From an uncultured Selenomonadaceae bacterium (GTDB taxonomy: Bacteria > Bacillota > Negativicutes > Selenomonadales > Selenomonadaceae), in contig CACYXR010000017.1 in NCBI GenBank assembly GCA_902778455.1, forward strand, positions 60,794 to 124,793: a stretch of DNA of 64,000 nt, written 5' to 3'. Shown here in pieces: positions 18,482 to 28,291 of the stretch. A program made the translations under genes and the position numbers. Numbering within the stretch: the first letter of the stretch is position 1; each line of letters starts with the position of its first letter. The notes below the pieces were generated by a model that did not search any database, was not told the origin of the DNA, and was given only the letters and a program-made list of their open reading frames with translations.

Positions 18482-20233
18482 CTATTCCTCCTCCGCTACG
18501 CAGACCCGATTTTTGCCTCCCTGCTTCGCTCGGTAAAGCGCCCGGTCAAGCTGCTGATAGAACTTCATGTAATCGCCGTCATCGGGGAATCTCGCGATGC
18601 CGAAGCTCCCCGTGACAGCCCTGCCGTCCGGCAGCACAGGATCGGATGCAAATGCCGCCAGGATCCGTTCCGCGACACTCTTTGCGTTTTCAAGGGACGT
18701 GCAGGGCAAAATGACGAGGAACTCCTCGCCGCCCCAACGTCCCGCCGCGTCGCTCCTGCGTATCTCATCATGAATAATCTTTGCGCGCTTTCGAAGGACA
18801 TCGTCCCCGACCGCGTGGCCGAAGGTATCGTTTACGTCCTTGAAATCGTCGAGATCGATCATGATGGCGGAGAGGACGTTATCGGTATTCCGTTTCTGCA
18901 TCAGTGCCTTCCGCAAAATGGATTCGATCTCGCCGCGATTGTAAAGCCCGGTGAGTCGGTCCATGCTGGCGAGCTGTGCAAGCTGTTCGTTGGCAATCTC
19001 CGATTCCGCCGAAGTGATCGCCACGAAATTCGCGAGACATCGAACCATCTTCATCATGTCGGTGAGCTTGTTAGCCCTCGGCGACAACAATACGACCGCA
19101 GGCGGCGACTCGCCCTGCGCCCCCTCGCGGAAACTGACGGACACCAGCGCCATATTCAGAAGCGAAACATTGCCGTTGTCGCTTCGGTTGACCTCCCCAT
19201 AAACATAGAAGCCTGCGTTCGGCGCAACCTTTTGGAACGGGCCAAGCTCCTGGCTCGTATCCTCGCGCAGGAAAACCCGCCGCGATACACAGTTGAACAA
19301 CAGGATCGCTTCCGGCTCAAAAGACAGGATATCAATCCGGGAGTTGTGGGCCGCGTCCAGGATTCTTCCGGGATCGCCGTAGGCCAGCCTTACGCTTTCG
19401 CCCTCACGGCAGTCGCCGCTGATGACCAGCGCCCCGTCCTCTCTGCAATCGGCGGGCAGGCGCATGATCAGCTTTCCGTCCCTTTCCATGCAAAGCGGGA
19501 ACAGCAAACTCCCCGCATCGATGTCTTCGTGGGAAAGCCCCAAATATTTCTGGTAAATGCTCTGCGCGGGATTGCCGTCCAATTCCCGGATCACATTTTC
19601 CCCGTCCATTTTCGTGATGCAAAACGACGGGCCGAGAGGCCGCCAGCCCACGCTGGTATCCACCTGAATGCGAAGCTCTTCGCCGATAAAAGCGACCGCG
19701 ACCGCCCCATGATAAAGCGCTCGTCCGCCCGCAATCACATATTGGCCGGATTCCCCGGTTCTGCCCGCGACGCCCCCGAAAACCTTTGCGCGGGCCGGAA
19801 GCGAATGAAGCCGGAAAAGGAACCGGTGCGTCGTTTCATTGTTTTCCGCCAGGAACAGCCCGACGCCCGCGACTTCCGTCTCTCGCAGCCCGTCTGCCAA
19901 TGACGCGGCGGCATCTTCCGGTGATGTTTCGGAAAAATCAAGCGCGAAAAGACGTACATCGGTTTTCTCGAAAAACATGAAATTCAAAATCGCCGTCTTC
20001 TCTGACAAGCGGCCGGACATAATCTCGCCGTCCGCAGTACACCCGACGACAACGGCCTCCGGCAGCATCTTCTCAATCCGCCGAACCAGCTCGGGCAAGC
20101 CTTCCCGATCGGGCCAACCGGAAAACACGGAAACGAGCACCGTCCGCGCTTCCCACGGGCAAATCCTGTGAAACGTTTGCGCCCAGGCTTCGAACTCTGA
20201 TAAACCCTTCAGGCAAAAAGAAAACTGTTTCAT
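18482..20233 (-). CDS. FIST_N/FIST_C sensor domain diguanylate cyclase (GGDEF)
   Basis: N-terminal FIST-like region (GGVAG..., WRPLGPSF..., NPAQSIYQKYLG). C-terminal GGDEF domain with GGEEF active site (RWGGEEFLVIL). ATG at 20233 preceded by AGGAGAG; the maximal ORF reaches 20260. Confidence 0.85.
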   Translation of the reverse strand: MKQFSFCLKGLSEFEAWAQTFHRICPWEARTVLVSVFSGWPDREGLPELVRRIEKMLPEAVVVGCTADGEIMSGRLSEKTAILNFMFFEKTDVRLFALDFSETSPEDAAASLADGLRETEVAGVGLFLAENNETTHRFLFRLHSLPARAKVFGGVAGRTGESGQYVIAGGRALYHGAVAVAFIGEELRIQVDTSVGWRPLGPSFCITKMDGENVIRELDGNPAQSIYQKYLGLSHEDIDAGSLLFPLCMERDGKLIMRLPADCREDGALVISGDCREGESVRLAYGDPGRILDAAHNSRIDILSFEPEAILLFNCVSRRVFLREDTSQELGPFQKVAPNAGFYVYGEVNRSDNGNVSLLNMALVSVSFREGAQGESPPAVVLLSPRANKLTDMMKMVRCLANFVAITSAESEIANEQLAQLASMDRLTGLYNRGEIESILRKALMQKRNTDNVLSAIMIDLDDFKDVNDTFGHAVGDDVLRKRAKIIHDEIRRSDAAGRWGGEEFLVILPCTSLENAKSVAERILAAFASDPVLPDGRAVTGSFGIARFPDDGDYMKFYQQLDRALYRAKQGGKNRVCVAEEE

Positions 20234-20428
20234 CGCGGCACTGCTCTCCTGCACATCCATCTTTCAAACAATGGCACAACATTATTCATTATTATTATTC
20301 GACGCTATGATTCAAATTCCTTCTAATTTTTATTATGTCGCTATTACAACTCACAAAAAAAGCGACTTGTATTTCCGGCAAAAAATCCCCCGCATCACGC
20401 GCAAAGCACAACACGTGGGATCTGTTTA

Positions 20429-20604
20429 GGAAACACTGATTAAGTCAATTCGTGCATCTGTCGAGGGATTTTTTCGACTGTCGAGGACGTGACATGCCAG
20501 TGGCATATCACGCCTCGAAGGCGTAGACGACGACAGGCGAAAAAAGACCCGGTAGCGAAATAGTCCAGTGGACTGTTTTGCGGAGGGACTTATTCAGTGG
20601 TTCC
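20429..20604. repeat. MITE-like structured repeat, copy 1 (~176 bp; terminal inverted repeats GGAAACACTGATTAAG / CTTATTCAGTGGTTCC)
   Basis: Imperfect 16-bp TIRs. Internal blocks (CTGTCGAGGGATTTTTTCGACTG; GACGACGACAGGCGAAAAAAGACCCGGTAG) align with the reverse complement of the element at 38882-39043. Confidence 0.6.
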
Positions 20605-20881
20605 TTTATTCATGGATTATGCGCCCATGGGCGGCGGGAACATGATTTTTTTGCGGCCAGCCAAGCGTGGCCGGACTCATCGGCAGGAACACAGCCTTTT
20701 CCAGCGCTTCTTTGATATGTTGCTCGCTATAATAGAAGCCGAAGAAGAACGGGACGAAAATTCCCGATCCTGCTGAGATGCTGTCCCCTTGCAACAGCCA
20801 ATGGCAGCAATCGAAAAAATAAATGGATACCGTTCTTCCATCATGATAAAATAAAAATGCTGTAATTCAAACTCGCTCATA

Positions 20882-20928
20882 CCTCCAATATCCCCCCTAT
20901 AGAGCGGGGAGACATCTTAACCTGGTTA
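20882..20928 (-). repeat. 47-nt conserved motif, copy 2 (see 1061-1108)
   Basis: Minus-strand reading: ACCAGGTTAAGATGTCT-CCCC-GCTCTATA-GGGG-GGATATTGGAGG. Confidence 0.5.
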
Positions 20929-21029
20929 TATAGGATTCCTCGCCCCAAAAGACGCGATTCGAAAAATTACACACAACGGCTGGGAACCTACCGTCAAAAC
21001 AGGCCAAATACATTCCGGGAGGAATCAGT

Positions 21030-21455
21030 ATGTTCTCTTATATTTGGCCGATTGCATTGGTCATTTTTTCGAATGTCATTTACCAAATCTGCGCCAAATC
21101 CGTCCCCAGAGAAATGAATCCCTTTGCCGCCTTGACCCTCACTTATCTCATCGCGGCAGCCGCTTCCGGGGCACTTTTCTTTTCCACGGCTGCAGATGGA
21201 AACCTATGGAAAGAATATGCAAAGACAAACTGGGCCTCTATCGTCCTCGGACTTGTCATTATCGGACTTGAGGCTGGATGGATTTATGCTTACAAAGCCG
21301 GCTGGCCTATAAGCACCGGATTTATCGTACAAAGCGCGGCACTCGCCGGAGTTCTTTTGCTGCTTGGCTATTTCCTCTATCATGAGCCGCTTACACAGAA
21401 CAAGATCGTCGGGGTAACCCTATGCCTGATCGGCCTCATTTTTCTGTTTCGATAA
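21030..21455 (+). CDS. small EamA/DMT-like membrane protein
   Basis: 141 aa with 4-5 TM segments. Resembles a single EamA repeat. Confidence 0.6.
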   Translation: MFSYIWPIALVIFSNVIYQICAKSVPREMNPFAALTLTYLIAAAASGALFFSTAADGNLWKEYAKTNWASIVLGLVIIGLEAGWIYAYKAGWPISTGFIVQSAALAGVLLLLGYFLYHEPLTQNKIVGVTLCLIGLIFLFR

Positions 21456-21565
21456 GATCGATCAGGAGACAGCGATTGGCCGCCGTAAAAGAACATCGAC
21501 TCACCGGCACAAGGACATCAAGCGATGGACCCGTTCCACGATTTCACAAAAAATGGGGAAACGTC

Positions 21566-22168
21566 ATGAAAAAGGAACTGCCCCACTTCGCGGTCGGCTC
21601 GGCTTATGGCGGATCGCAGGAATGGTGCACAGAACTCTGGATGTATATCGGAGGATGCGCCGCTGTTGCCGCCTGCGACAGCAGTATCTTCTTCATGCTT
21701 CGCAAAGACAGGAGGGAGCTTTATCCCTACGCCATAAGTGACATTTCACGCAAAGATTATGTCAATTTCACGGATATCATGAAGCCTTATCTTTATCCGC
21801 GGCAAGGAGGCATCGACCGACTGGACATATACATGGACGGTTTCGGCCAATTTCTGCGAGACCGGGGAGAAACGAGCATATCCATGTCTCCATGGCCGGG
21901 AGAAAAGGGTTTAATGGAAACGAAAGAAATCGTCAAAAAGCAGATCAATGACGGATGGCTCATTCCCAGCCTGACGCTTCTGCACGCCCACCCGTCCATG
22001 CAGGAATACGTATGGCACTGGTATCTGCTGACCGGCTACGATGAACAGGACGAAACGTTTCTCGTCAAAGCTGTCACATTCGGCGCTTGGCATTGGCTGG
22101 ATTTCTCGGTACTTTGGGATACGGGCTTCGAGCGAAAAGGCGGCTTGGTTCTTTATAACATGCCATAA
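21566..22168 (+). CDS. hypothetical protein, possible papain/C39-like cysteine peptidase fold
   Basis: About 200 aa. Candidate nucleophile region GGCAAVAACD and candidate His region HWYLLTGYD resemble C39-like peptidases. Motif-level only. Confidence 0.4.
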   Translation: MKKELPHFAVGSAYGGSQEWCTELWMYIGGCAAVAACDSSIFFMLRKDRRELYPYAISDISRKDYVNFTDIMKPYLYPRQGGIDRLDIYMDGFGQFLRDRGETSISMSPWPGEKGLMETKEIVKKQINDGWLIPSLTLLHAHPSMQEYVWHWYLLTGYDEQDETFLVKAVTFGAWHWLDFSVLWDTGFERKGGLVLYNMP

Positions 22169-22250
22169 TATGCCGCCTTTGTATTATATTATCTTGGGGA
22201 GAGATGTCATGAATTCGCTATCCCCCACAAATCGCTGCAAAACAAATACA

Positions 22251-22300
22251 ATGAGCAGTTATCGCGCCGTAAGACCGGCTGCGACAACTGCTCATTTTTT
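22251..22300 (+). terminator. putative terminator
   Basis: Stem ATGAGCAGTT / AACTGCTCAT followed by TTTTTT. The loop is large. Confidence 0.45.
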
Positions 22301-22324
22301 CCAACTGACCGTTCCCCTGTATGT

Positions 22325-23236
22325 TCAAATAGAAAACAATATCGAATCCAAAAAGTTAACGAGCTCATTCATTTCCGGTTTGGTAATCTGCCCAGTCGCT
22401 CCAAGCATCTCGCCCTTGCTGCGCATCTCCTCATTGATGAGAGAAGAGAACAGAATGACGGGAAGCCCGCGCAGCTCCGCATCGTCACGGATCAGCTTGA
22501 GCAACCTATGCCCATCCATCTTCGGCATCTCGATGTCCGTGATAACAGCCCCGCGCCCCATGTCAGGGGCTGGCCCGTCTTCCGGATGAAGGTAATTCCA
22601 TGCTTCAAGTCCGTTAACAAAGGCCGAGATATTTCCATAGCCTGCATCATTGAGCGTACTCACCACCATATTCCGCAGCATCGTAGAATCCTCTGCAACC
22701 ACGATGGGAGCGCTTTGACGCAAGGACTGCAGATTGTCGTTACGGCTTTCCACTTCTGTAAGCTTCTTGTTAATCTGCGGATTCACCTCCGCAATGATCG
22801 ACTCGAAGTCCATGAGCAGCACGATCCTGTCCCCAAAGCGCACCAGTCCCACCACTCTGGAGCCTCCCCCCACCTGCGGAGGCGATTCCATGTCGCTCCA
22901 CGATATCCGATGAATGCGCGACACCTCATCCACAAGGAAACCGATAGCATAGGCGTTGATTTCCGTGACGATAATACTCTTGCATTGTACGCCCTGGCCA
23001 TGTCCCATGCATCGCGGCAGATTTACCAACGGAATGGTGCTTCCCCGGAGCGTAATCACGCCATCCAGATACGGATGAGCCCTCGCCACTTTTGTAATTG
23101 GAAACAGGGAGCTTTGGATGACTTCACGCACCTTTGCCACGTTGATTCCGTAGCGAACCCCGCCCACCGAGAACTCTACGATCTCAAACTCATTTGTTCC
23201 GGACTCCAGCAGTATCCCGTTCTTCTCGACAGCCAT
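22325..23236 (-). CDS. cheV: chemotaxis protein CheV (CheW-like domain + receiver)
   Basis: N-terminal CheW-like domain (NEFEIVEFSVGGVRYGINVAKVREV). C-terminal receiver domain (VVAEDS..., VITDIEMPKMDG). Confidence 0.88.
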   Translation of the reverse strand: MAVEKNGILLESGTNEFEIVEFSVGGVRYGINVAKVREVIQSSLFPITKVARAHPYLDGVITLRGSTIPLVNLPRCMGHGQGVQCKSIIVTEINAYAIGFLVDEVSRIHRISWSDMESPPQVGGGSRVVGLVRFGDRIVLLMDFESIIAEVNPQINKKLTEVESRNDNLQSLRQSAPIVVAEDSTMLRNMVVSTLNDAGYGNISAFVNGLEAWNYLHPEDGPAPDMGRGAVITDIEMPKMDGHRLLKLIRDDAELRGLPVILFSSLINEEMRSKGEMLGATGQITKPEMNELVNFLDSILFSI

Positions 23237-23393
23237 GACAATATCTTCCCTTCCCGATCAGCTTCATACTCTTTAATATTATAGTTTAGCAGCGGCACAT
23301 TATCAAGCATTTCCCCCTCTTGAAAAAAATAATAAACGCTTACTCTATGATTTCAAACTGACATACCGGCCTATTCCGGTTCGGAATTTTTCT

Positions 23394-24299
23394 CTACAGA
23401 CTTTCCTCATGGACAGTTATTTTTTCATCGCCTGTCAATCTTCCGGTTATAACCGTTTCGAACGGGTTGTGTCCATCGAATCCTTGCCGTGCCTTTTCCA
23501 TGCCGGCATTGGCATAGCAAAAACGGCAGCCGTGGATACAGGTGTCATACTGGCCGATATCGAAACTCTCCACGCAGTTGCATAAGGGACGCTGGCTTTT
23601 TGCTTTCCCCGCCTTGACCGGCTTGCCTGTAATGCGCTCTATGAGTTTCCCGTCAATGCAGGCTCCGTGTTCGATGCCATATTCTTCAAGACCGATAACC
23701 TCGGAGCAAGTCTGTAGTGTTACGCCGCTTCCCTTGGCGATTCGGGACATCCCAGCGGCCAGCTCATGCATCTCATCCTCTGATAGTTCATAAAGATTCA
23801 ACCCTTGTGTGTTCTTCCTGGTCTTGGCATAAAGGTCGATGAAGCTGATGACGCACCGTTCTGTGTATGGAGCGAGCGCCGCGAGGGACTGCCCAAACCA
23901 TGCCAAATGACTCTTAATCGTGTAGCAATCATTCAGGAGAATGGGATCATACCGCCAAACCACTCGCTCCCTGCCCAGCCGGGAGGACAATTCCTGTACG
24001 GTCTTGATAATGTCTTCCTTGGGACGAAGATTCGTCTCAACATCCTTGCCATAGGGAGTGATGGAGATTTGCACACAGTAGCGGTAATCATCAAGCTCTG
24101 ACAGCCGTCCGAGCATAGGCGCGGGATCTTTTGTCCAGAACACGATGCAGTCCACAACGTCAGGCCGAAGGGATATTCGGCTTACTTGATTGCGGTTGAA
24201 TGGATTGATCACATCCGCAAAACCGTCCCGTATCCTCCGACAGAACCAATCGAAGAAGAATGCCGGAATATCCGTCCGGCGACTGGCGCTCACTATCAT
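23394..24299 (-). CDS. DUF1848 domain protein
   Basis: MIVSASRRTDIPAFFFDWF... N-terminus and a C-terminal Cys cluster (CNC...C..GC.FCYA), characteristic of DUF1848. Confidence 0.75.
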   Translation of the reverse strand: MIVSASRRTDIPAFFFDWFCRRIRDGFADVINPFNRNQVSRISLRPDVVDCIVFWTKDPAPMLGRLSELDDYRYCVQISITPYGKDVETNLRPKEDIIKTVQELSSRLGRERVVWRYDPILLNDCYTIKSHLAWFGQSLAALAPYTERCVISFIDLYAKTRKNTQGLNLYELSEDEMHELAAGMSRIAKGSGVTLQTCSEVIGLEEYGIEHGACIDGKLIERITGKPVKAGKAKSQRPLCNCVESFDIGQYDTCIHGCRFCYANAGMEKARQGFDGHNPFETVITGRLTGDEKITVHEESL

Positions 24300-24535
24300 G
24301 GTTCTGCGGAAACTCCGATAACACGCTTCAGAAGAAAGTGTCTCATAATAATTCCTTCCTTTTTCTATTAGAAATAAACGGTTTCAGTTTTGCACATCGA
24401 TGTTCTGATTCTGTAAAAATCAGATAATTATAACAGGTCCTAGTATAATACAATAATGTTTCTCCGTCTACACGATTGAAAGACAGCTTTTCATTCAGCC
24501 AATCTAAATGCCGCATTCTCCAAAGCAGCGTGCGG

Positions 24536-24563
24536 TTGCTTTTTTCTCTTTATATGGTAAAAT
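24536..24563 (+). promoter_or_regulatory. sigmaA-type promoter
   Basis: TTGCTT, 16-nt spacer, TAAAAT, upstream of the receiver gene. Confidence 0.45.
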
Positions 24564-24620
24564 AAAACAAACTCCCAAGATAGGAAAAAGCCTGTTTGCC
24601 TTTTCAGGAAGGGGCCAGAT

Positions 24621-25402
24621 ATGAAAAAGAAAGCGATACTGATACGAAAAACCGCGTCGTTTATGGTAGGAGCCATCCAGACGAATTTGGAGAAGGCCGG
24701 TTACGAGATTTTGTCTGTGGACGCAACCGTCGCCGCCGTGAACGAAAAGCGTACCGAAGCCGACATTTTCCTTTTTATTTGGATGCCTCCGTTTTAGGCG
24801 CCTCCAATTTTCTCATCTATTTAAGAGACCTTTGCGCCGAGGAGGAAAAGCTGTTGGTTTTGCTGGGCACGCCGGAAGAGCTTGAATCGGCGGAAAAGGC
24901 GCTTCCTCCCACACTGATCTCGGCCTGCTTCAAGCGCCCGTTCGACATCAAGAGCCTGGTGGACGAGATGGATGCTCTCGTGCAGGTCAACGAAGAAAAT
25001 GCGCACAGAAAAAATATTTTGCTCGTTGACGACGACAGCACATTCTTGAAAACAATCAAGGGCTGGCTTTCGACCAAGTACCGCGTCACGATTGTCACGT
25101 CGGGCGCGCAGGCCATGATGTACATCGCGGACAACAAGCCGGACCTGATTCTGCTGGACTATGAGATGCCCGTCATCAGCGGCCCGCAGGTACTGGAAAT
25201 GATCCGCAGCGAAACGCAGACGGACTCGATTCCGGTCATTTTCCTGACGGGCAAGGGCGACCGGGAAAGCGTACTGAAGGTTTTGGAACTGAAGCCGGAC
25301 GGCTACTTCTTGAAATCAACAGAAAAGGCGGCGCTATTAAAGTCTCTGGAAGAGTTTTTCGAAAAAAGGAAATACGCGCAGCTGCATGAAGCAAAGAAAT
25401 GA
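24621..25402 (+). pseudogene. response regulator with N-terminal receiver-like domain and canonical C-terminal receiver; apparent frameshift near 24765-24775
   Basis: ATG at 24621 (SD GGAAGGGG) opens MKKKAILIRKTASFMVGAIQTNLEKAGYEILSVDA...ADIFLFI, which stops at 24796. The reading continues in another frame (ORF 24596-25402) as LDASVLGASNFLIYLRD... through an intact REC domain (ILLVDDDSTF..LILLDYEMP..FLTGK..FLKS). The junction lies in a T-run (CCTTTTTATTTGG). Confidence 0.55.
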
Positions 25403-25462
25403 GTTTGGCAATAAAAAACGACAGGGCAGAAAATGCCTTGTCGTTTTTTATTGCCCGTAATG

Positions 25463-26485
25463 TCATTCTTCCAAAATCGCCTTCAGCGTGTCCCAGTCGG
25501 GCTTTTTGGCCGCCTCTGTGATACGGGCGTGGCGCTCGGCTTTGTCCTTCGGCACGCGGCCGTTGGCAAGCTCCGTGAGTACGAACTGGATGCTGTCGTA
25601 GTCGAAGGACGCCGCCATTTCACGGATGGCTTCATAAGCTTCCCGGAGCGTCGCGTCGTCGATTTCCGGGAGGCCTTCATCATCCGCCTCCGGCTCCGCC
25701 AGCGGTGAGAGAGCCTCGCTGCAGGATTGATAGAGGTCCAGCAGTCCCGGCGTTTCCTTTTCAATTTTTTCTATGTCGAGGCTGTCTCCCGCGGCTTCCA
25801 GCTGTTTCGCCCACTCGGAAAGCTCCAGTACGCCGACGAGTCGTGCCGAGCTTTTCAGCGCGTGAACCTTCGTCGTATAATTTTTCCAGTCCTTCGCCTC
25901 GAAATAGCCGCGAATCTCGTCGGCATTTCCGGCCGCCGATTCCCTGAACATTCGGAGCACTCCGCAATAGTCCTCCTCCGAGCCGCAGTTTTGCACTCCA
26001 ACATTCACGTCAAACAGTTTCCCTGCTTCCTCCGATGAAAGCAGCCACGCGGGAAAACCTTTCCCGCTTTCTGCCTCGGCCCCGTCGTCTTGGGACACGT
26101 CCGCCCCGGCCAGCGTCACCAGCCCCGGCGGAAGATATTTGACAAGCATCGCTTCAAGCTGTTCGCCCTGGACAGGCTTCGTCAGGTAATCGTTGAAGCC
26201 CTGTTCGAGATACCATTCCCGCGCGCCGGAAATGGCGTTAGCCGTCAGGCTGATCACTGGCGTTTCAAGGTTTTTCCCTCCCGTCTGCGCACGCATGGCC
26301 GCAAGCGTTTCCACTCCGTCCATGTTCGGCATGCGGTGGTCGAGGAAAATCACATCGTACTTCTTTTTCGCCGTCAGCTCCAAAGCCTCCATACCGCTGC
26401 CCGCGTCGTCCAGCTGCACCTTCGTCGCCTTGAGCAGTCCCCTGATCACGGTGATGTTCATTTTCGTATCGTCCACCACCAGCAC
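25463..26485 (-). CDS. receiver + Hpt domains; C-terminal part of a disrupted hybrid histidine kinase
   Basis: REC (VLVVDDTKMN..., IFLDHRMPNMDG) and Hpt (HALKSSARLVGVLEL). No ATG start: the first codon is GTG. In frame with ORF 26615-28291 across a single TAG. Confidence 0.75.
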   Translation of the reverse strand: MLVVDDTKMNITVIRGLLKATKVQLDDAGSGMEALELTAKKKYDVIFLDHRMPNMDGVETLAAMRAQTGGKNLETPVISLTANAISGAREWYLEQGFNDYLTKPVQGEQLEAMLVKYLPPGLVTLAGADVSQDDGAEAESGKGFPAWLLSSEEAGKLFDVNVGVQNCGSEEDYCGVLRMFRESAAGNADEIRGYFEAKDWKNYTTKVHALKSSARLVGVLELSEWAKQLEAAGDSLDIEKIEKETPGLLDLYQSCSEALSPLAEPEADDEGLPEIDDATLREAYEAIREMAASFDYDSIQFVLTELANGRVPKDKAERHARITEAAKKPDWDTLKAILEE

Positions 26486-26614
26486 CTTGGCCTCTGGCGC
26501 GGTAAACCGCTCATGGTAAACCTCCTGCCGGGCTGCCGAACGGCGGAACGCCGTCTCGAAGTCCCCAATCGGCGTCCAATCGACAACGCGCTGCTCTACG
26601 GCAAAAGAAAACGT

Positions 26615-28291
26615 CTAACCCTCACCATAAACACTCTCAACCTCGAGATGGCTGTCCAACATTTCCAGAAGCCGTTTCGTAATGTTCATGCCAAGACCCG
26701 TGCCCTCAATGGTGCGGTTGCGTTCCTCCTCGATGCGCTCGAAAGCGTTGAACAGCTTTTCGAGGTCCTCGGACTTGATTCCAATGCCCGTATCCTTGAC
26801 CGAAAATCGCAGCCGGATGGTCTCGTCCCCCGTCTTGTCGAAGGAAACCTGAAGCGTCACGCCGCCTTTTTCCGTATACTTCACGGCGTTGGTCAAAATA
26901 TTCGTCGCCACCTGCTTTATGCGGATTTCATCGCCGTAAAGCAGCGTCGGCAGCTCCGGCGACGCTTCCACATGAAGCGCGAGCCCCTTCTTTTCCGCCC
27001 GCGTCTTGATCATGTTCACAAGATCGTTCAGTACGGAGCTGATTTCGTATTCGACGGGAATGATCTCCATTTTGCCCGCCTCGATTTTCGAGAAATCGAG
27101 GATATCATTGACAAGGCTCAGGAGGCTTGCGCTGGCGGTGCGGATATTCTCCGCGTACTCGCGGATTTGAGGCGCCGTCGCTTCCCTGCGGATCATTTCG
27201 TCCATGCCCATGATCGCATTGATCGGAGTGCGGATTTCATGGGACATATTCGAAAGGAATTGGGATTTCGCCACATTCGCCGCCTGTTCCCGCTGCGCGG
27301 ACTCGGCGAGTTTCGCATTGGATTCGAGGAGCGCCTGCTTGTGCTTTGCCAATTCTTTTGTTTTTCTCTCCAGAGCCAGGCTGGCCTCCTCCCTTTCCAT
27401 CATGCGGCGCTTAGCGTGGGAGGATTCCCGCACAAAGAACGCCACCGCCAGGAGAGCCGCCGCCGCTATCAAGAATGCAAGAATCCAGAGATGGTCCATC
27501 AACATATCGTACAGGGAACGGGAATAAAGCCCGCTGATATACCGACCGGTAAGTGCCTCCAACCGATCCTTGCCGATGACGTTCACGCCGCGGTTCAATA
27601 TCTTCAGGAGCCCTTCGTTGCCGATACTCACCCCGAAACAATGATTGTCGGGCCGATTCATCGGCTTCATGGAAAGCCCTCGAAACTTGCGGTTTTTGAG
27701 GATTTCGGTCGTTTTCAGGCCGTTGACCGTAGTATAGGACGCCTTGCCCTCAGCCACTGCCTCAAGGCACTCCTCGACGGATTGACAATAGAAAATCATG
27801 GCTTCGGGAAAATGCATCTTGGTATAGTAATACTGTATGCGGTTGTTCCTATTCACCGCGAAGGTCTGCGCAGCGCGGGACATATGTCGGCTGGACTCGG
27901 CGGTGAAGACAAGCTCCGAACTGAAAGACGACACGGGATTGGACTGACAGATGCCGCTCTCCTCCGAGAAAAACAGCCCGCCGCCCACGGGAAAAGCCAC
28001 ATCGATAGTCCCGTGGTTCATATCATTGACCATATCGTCATAATTGTTATAGCCGACATAGGAAACCTCAAGGCGCGATATCCCCAGTTCTTCCAGAATC
28101 ATCGGGACGAGGCTCTTGACAAGGCCCGTGGCGTCTCCATTGGCGTCCGTATCACTGTAAGGCAGATAATCCGCCGTAGACGTACTCATACTGCCAGCCT
28201 GTATATTCGGAAATCTTGCGGTAGTATTCATAGGCGTATCCCTGCCGTATAGCCCCCGGCTCCGCTCCTGCCTGAAAGGTTCCGTTCTCAA
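26615..28291 (-). CDS. sensor histidine kinase portion (SBP_bac_3-type sensor, TM, HisKA, HATPase_c) of a disrupted hybrid kinase
   Basis: H-box SHEIRTPINAIMG, N-box NILTNAVKYT, DTGIGI, GTGLGM. Ends ...SVYGEG-TAG, where the G2-box continuation TFSFAVEQ follows in frame. Confidence 0.8.
   Translation of the reverse strand: MRTEPFRQERSRGLYGRDTPMNTTARFPNIQAGSMSTSTADYLPYSDTDANGDATGLVKSLVPMILEELGISRLEVSYVGYNNYDDMVNDMNHGTIDVAFPVGGGLFFSEESGICQSNPVSSFSSELVFTAESSRHMSRAAQTFAVNRNNRIQYYYTKMHFPEAMIFYCQSVEECLEAVAEGKASYTTVNGLKTTEILKNRKFRGLSMKPMNRPDNHCFGVSIGNEGLLKILNRGVNVIGKDRLEALTGRYISGLYSRSLYDMLMDHLWILAFLIAAAALLAVAFFVRESSHAKRRMMEREEASLALERKTKELAKHKQALLESNAKLAESAQREQAANVAKSQFLSNMSHEIRTPINAIMGMDEMIRREATAPQIREYAENIRTASASLLSLVNDILDFSKIEAGKMEIIPVEYEISSVLNDLVNMIKTRAEKKGLALHVEASPELPTLLYGDEIRIKQVATNILTNAVKYTEKGGVTLQVSFDKTGDETIRLRFSVKDTGIGIKSEDLEKLFNAFERIEEERNRTIEGTGLGMNITKRLLEMLDSHLEVESVYGEG

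Noticed and set aside
20606-20880. Two overlapping small minus-strand ORFs (62 and 67 aa) that could be one frameshifted gene.
   Set aside because: No recognisable family. The ATG at 20880 has GGAGG only 1 nt upstream, which is poor spacing. The second ORF needs a non-ATG start. The evidence is insufficient to call a gene or a pseudogene.
26615-26617. In-frame TAG in the hybrid kinase read as a recoding event (pyrrolysine or programmed readthrough).
   Set aside because: No pyl genes or recoding signals are visible. The position corresponds to a conserved Ser of the G2-box, so a nonsense mutation or a sequencing error is the simpler explanation.
26090-28252. Very long ORFs antisense to real genes, for example 26090-28252 (720 aa), 53519-55951 (810 aa), 58569-60443 (624 aa), 48858-60600-type frames, 36520-38211, 11106-12629, 13883-14944 and 8313-9434.
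   Set aside because: Their products are Arg/His/Leu/Asp-rich low-complexity sequences with no motifs. Each one mirrors a well-supported gene on the other strand (kinase, MCPs, argS, tex, TAXI and so on). This is the expected artefact of GC-rich coding DNA.
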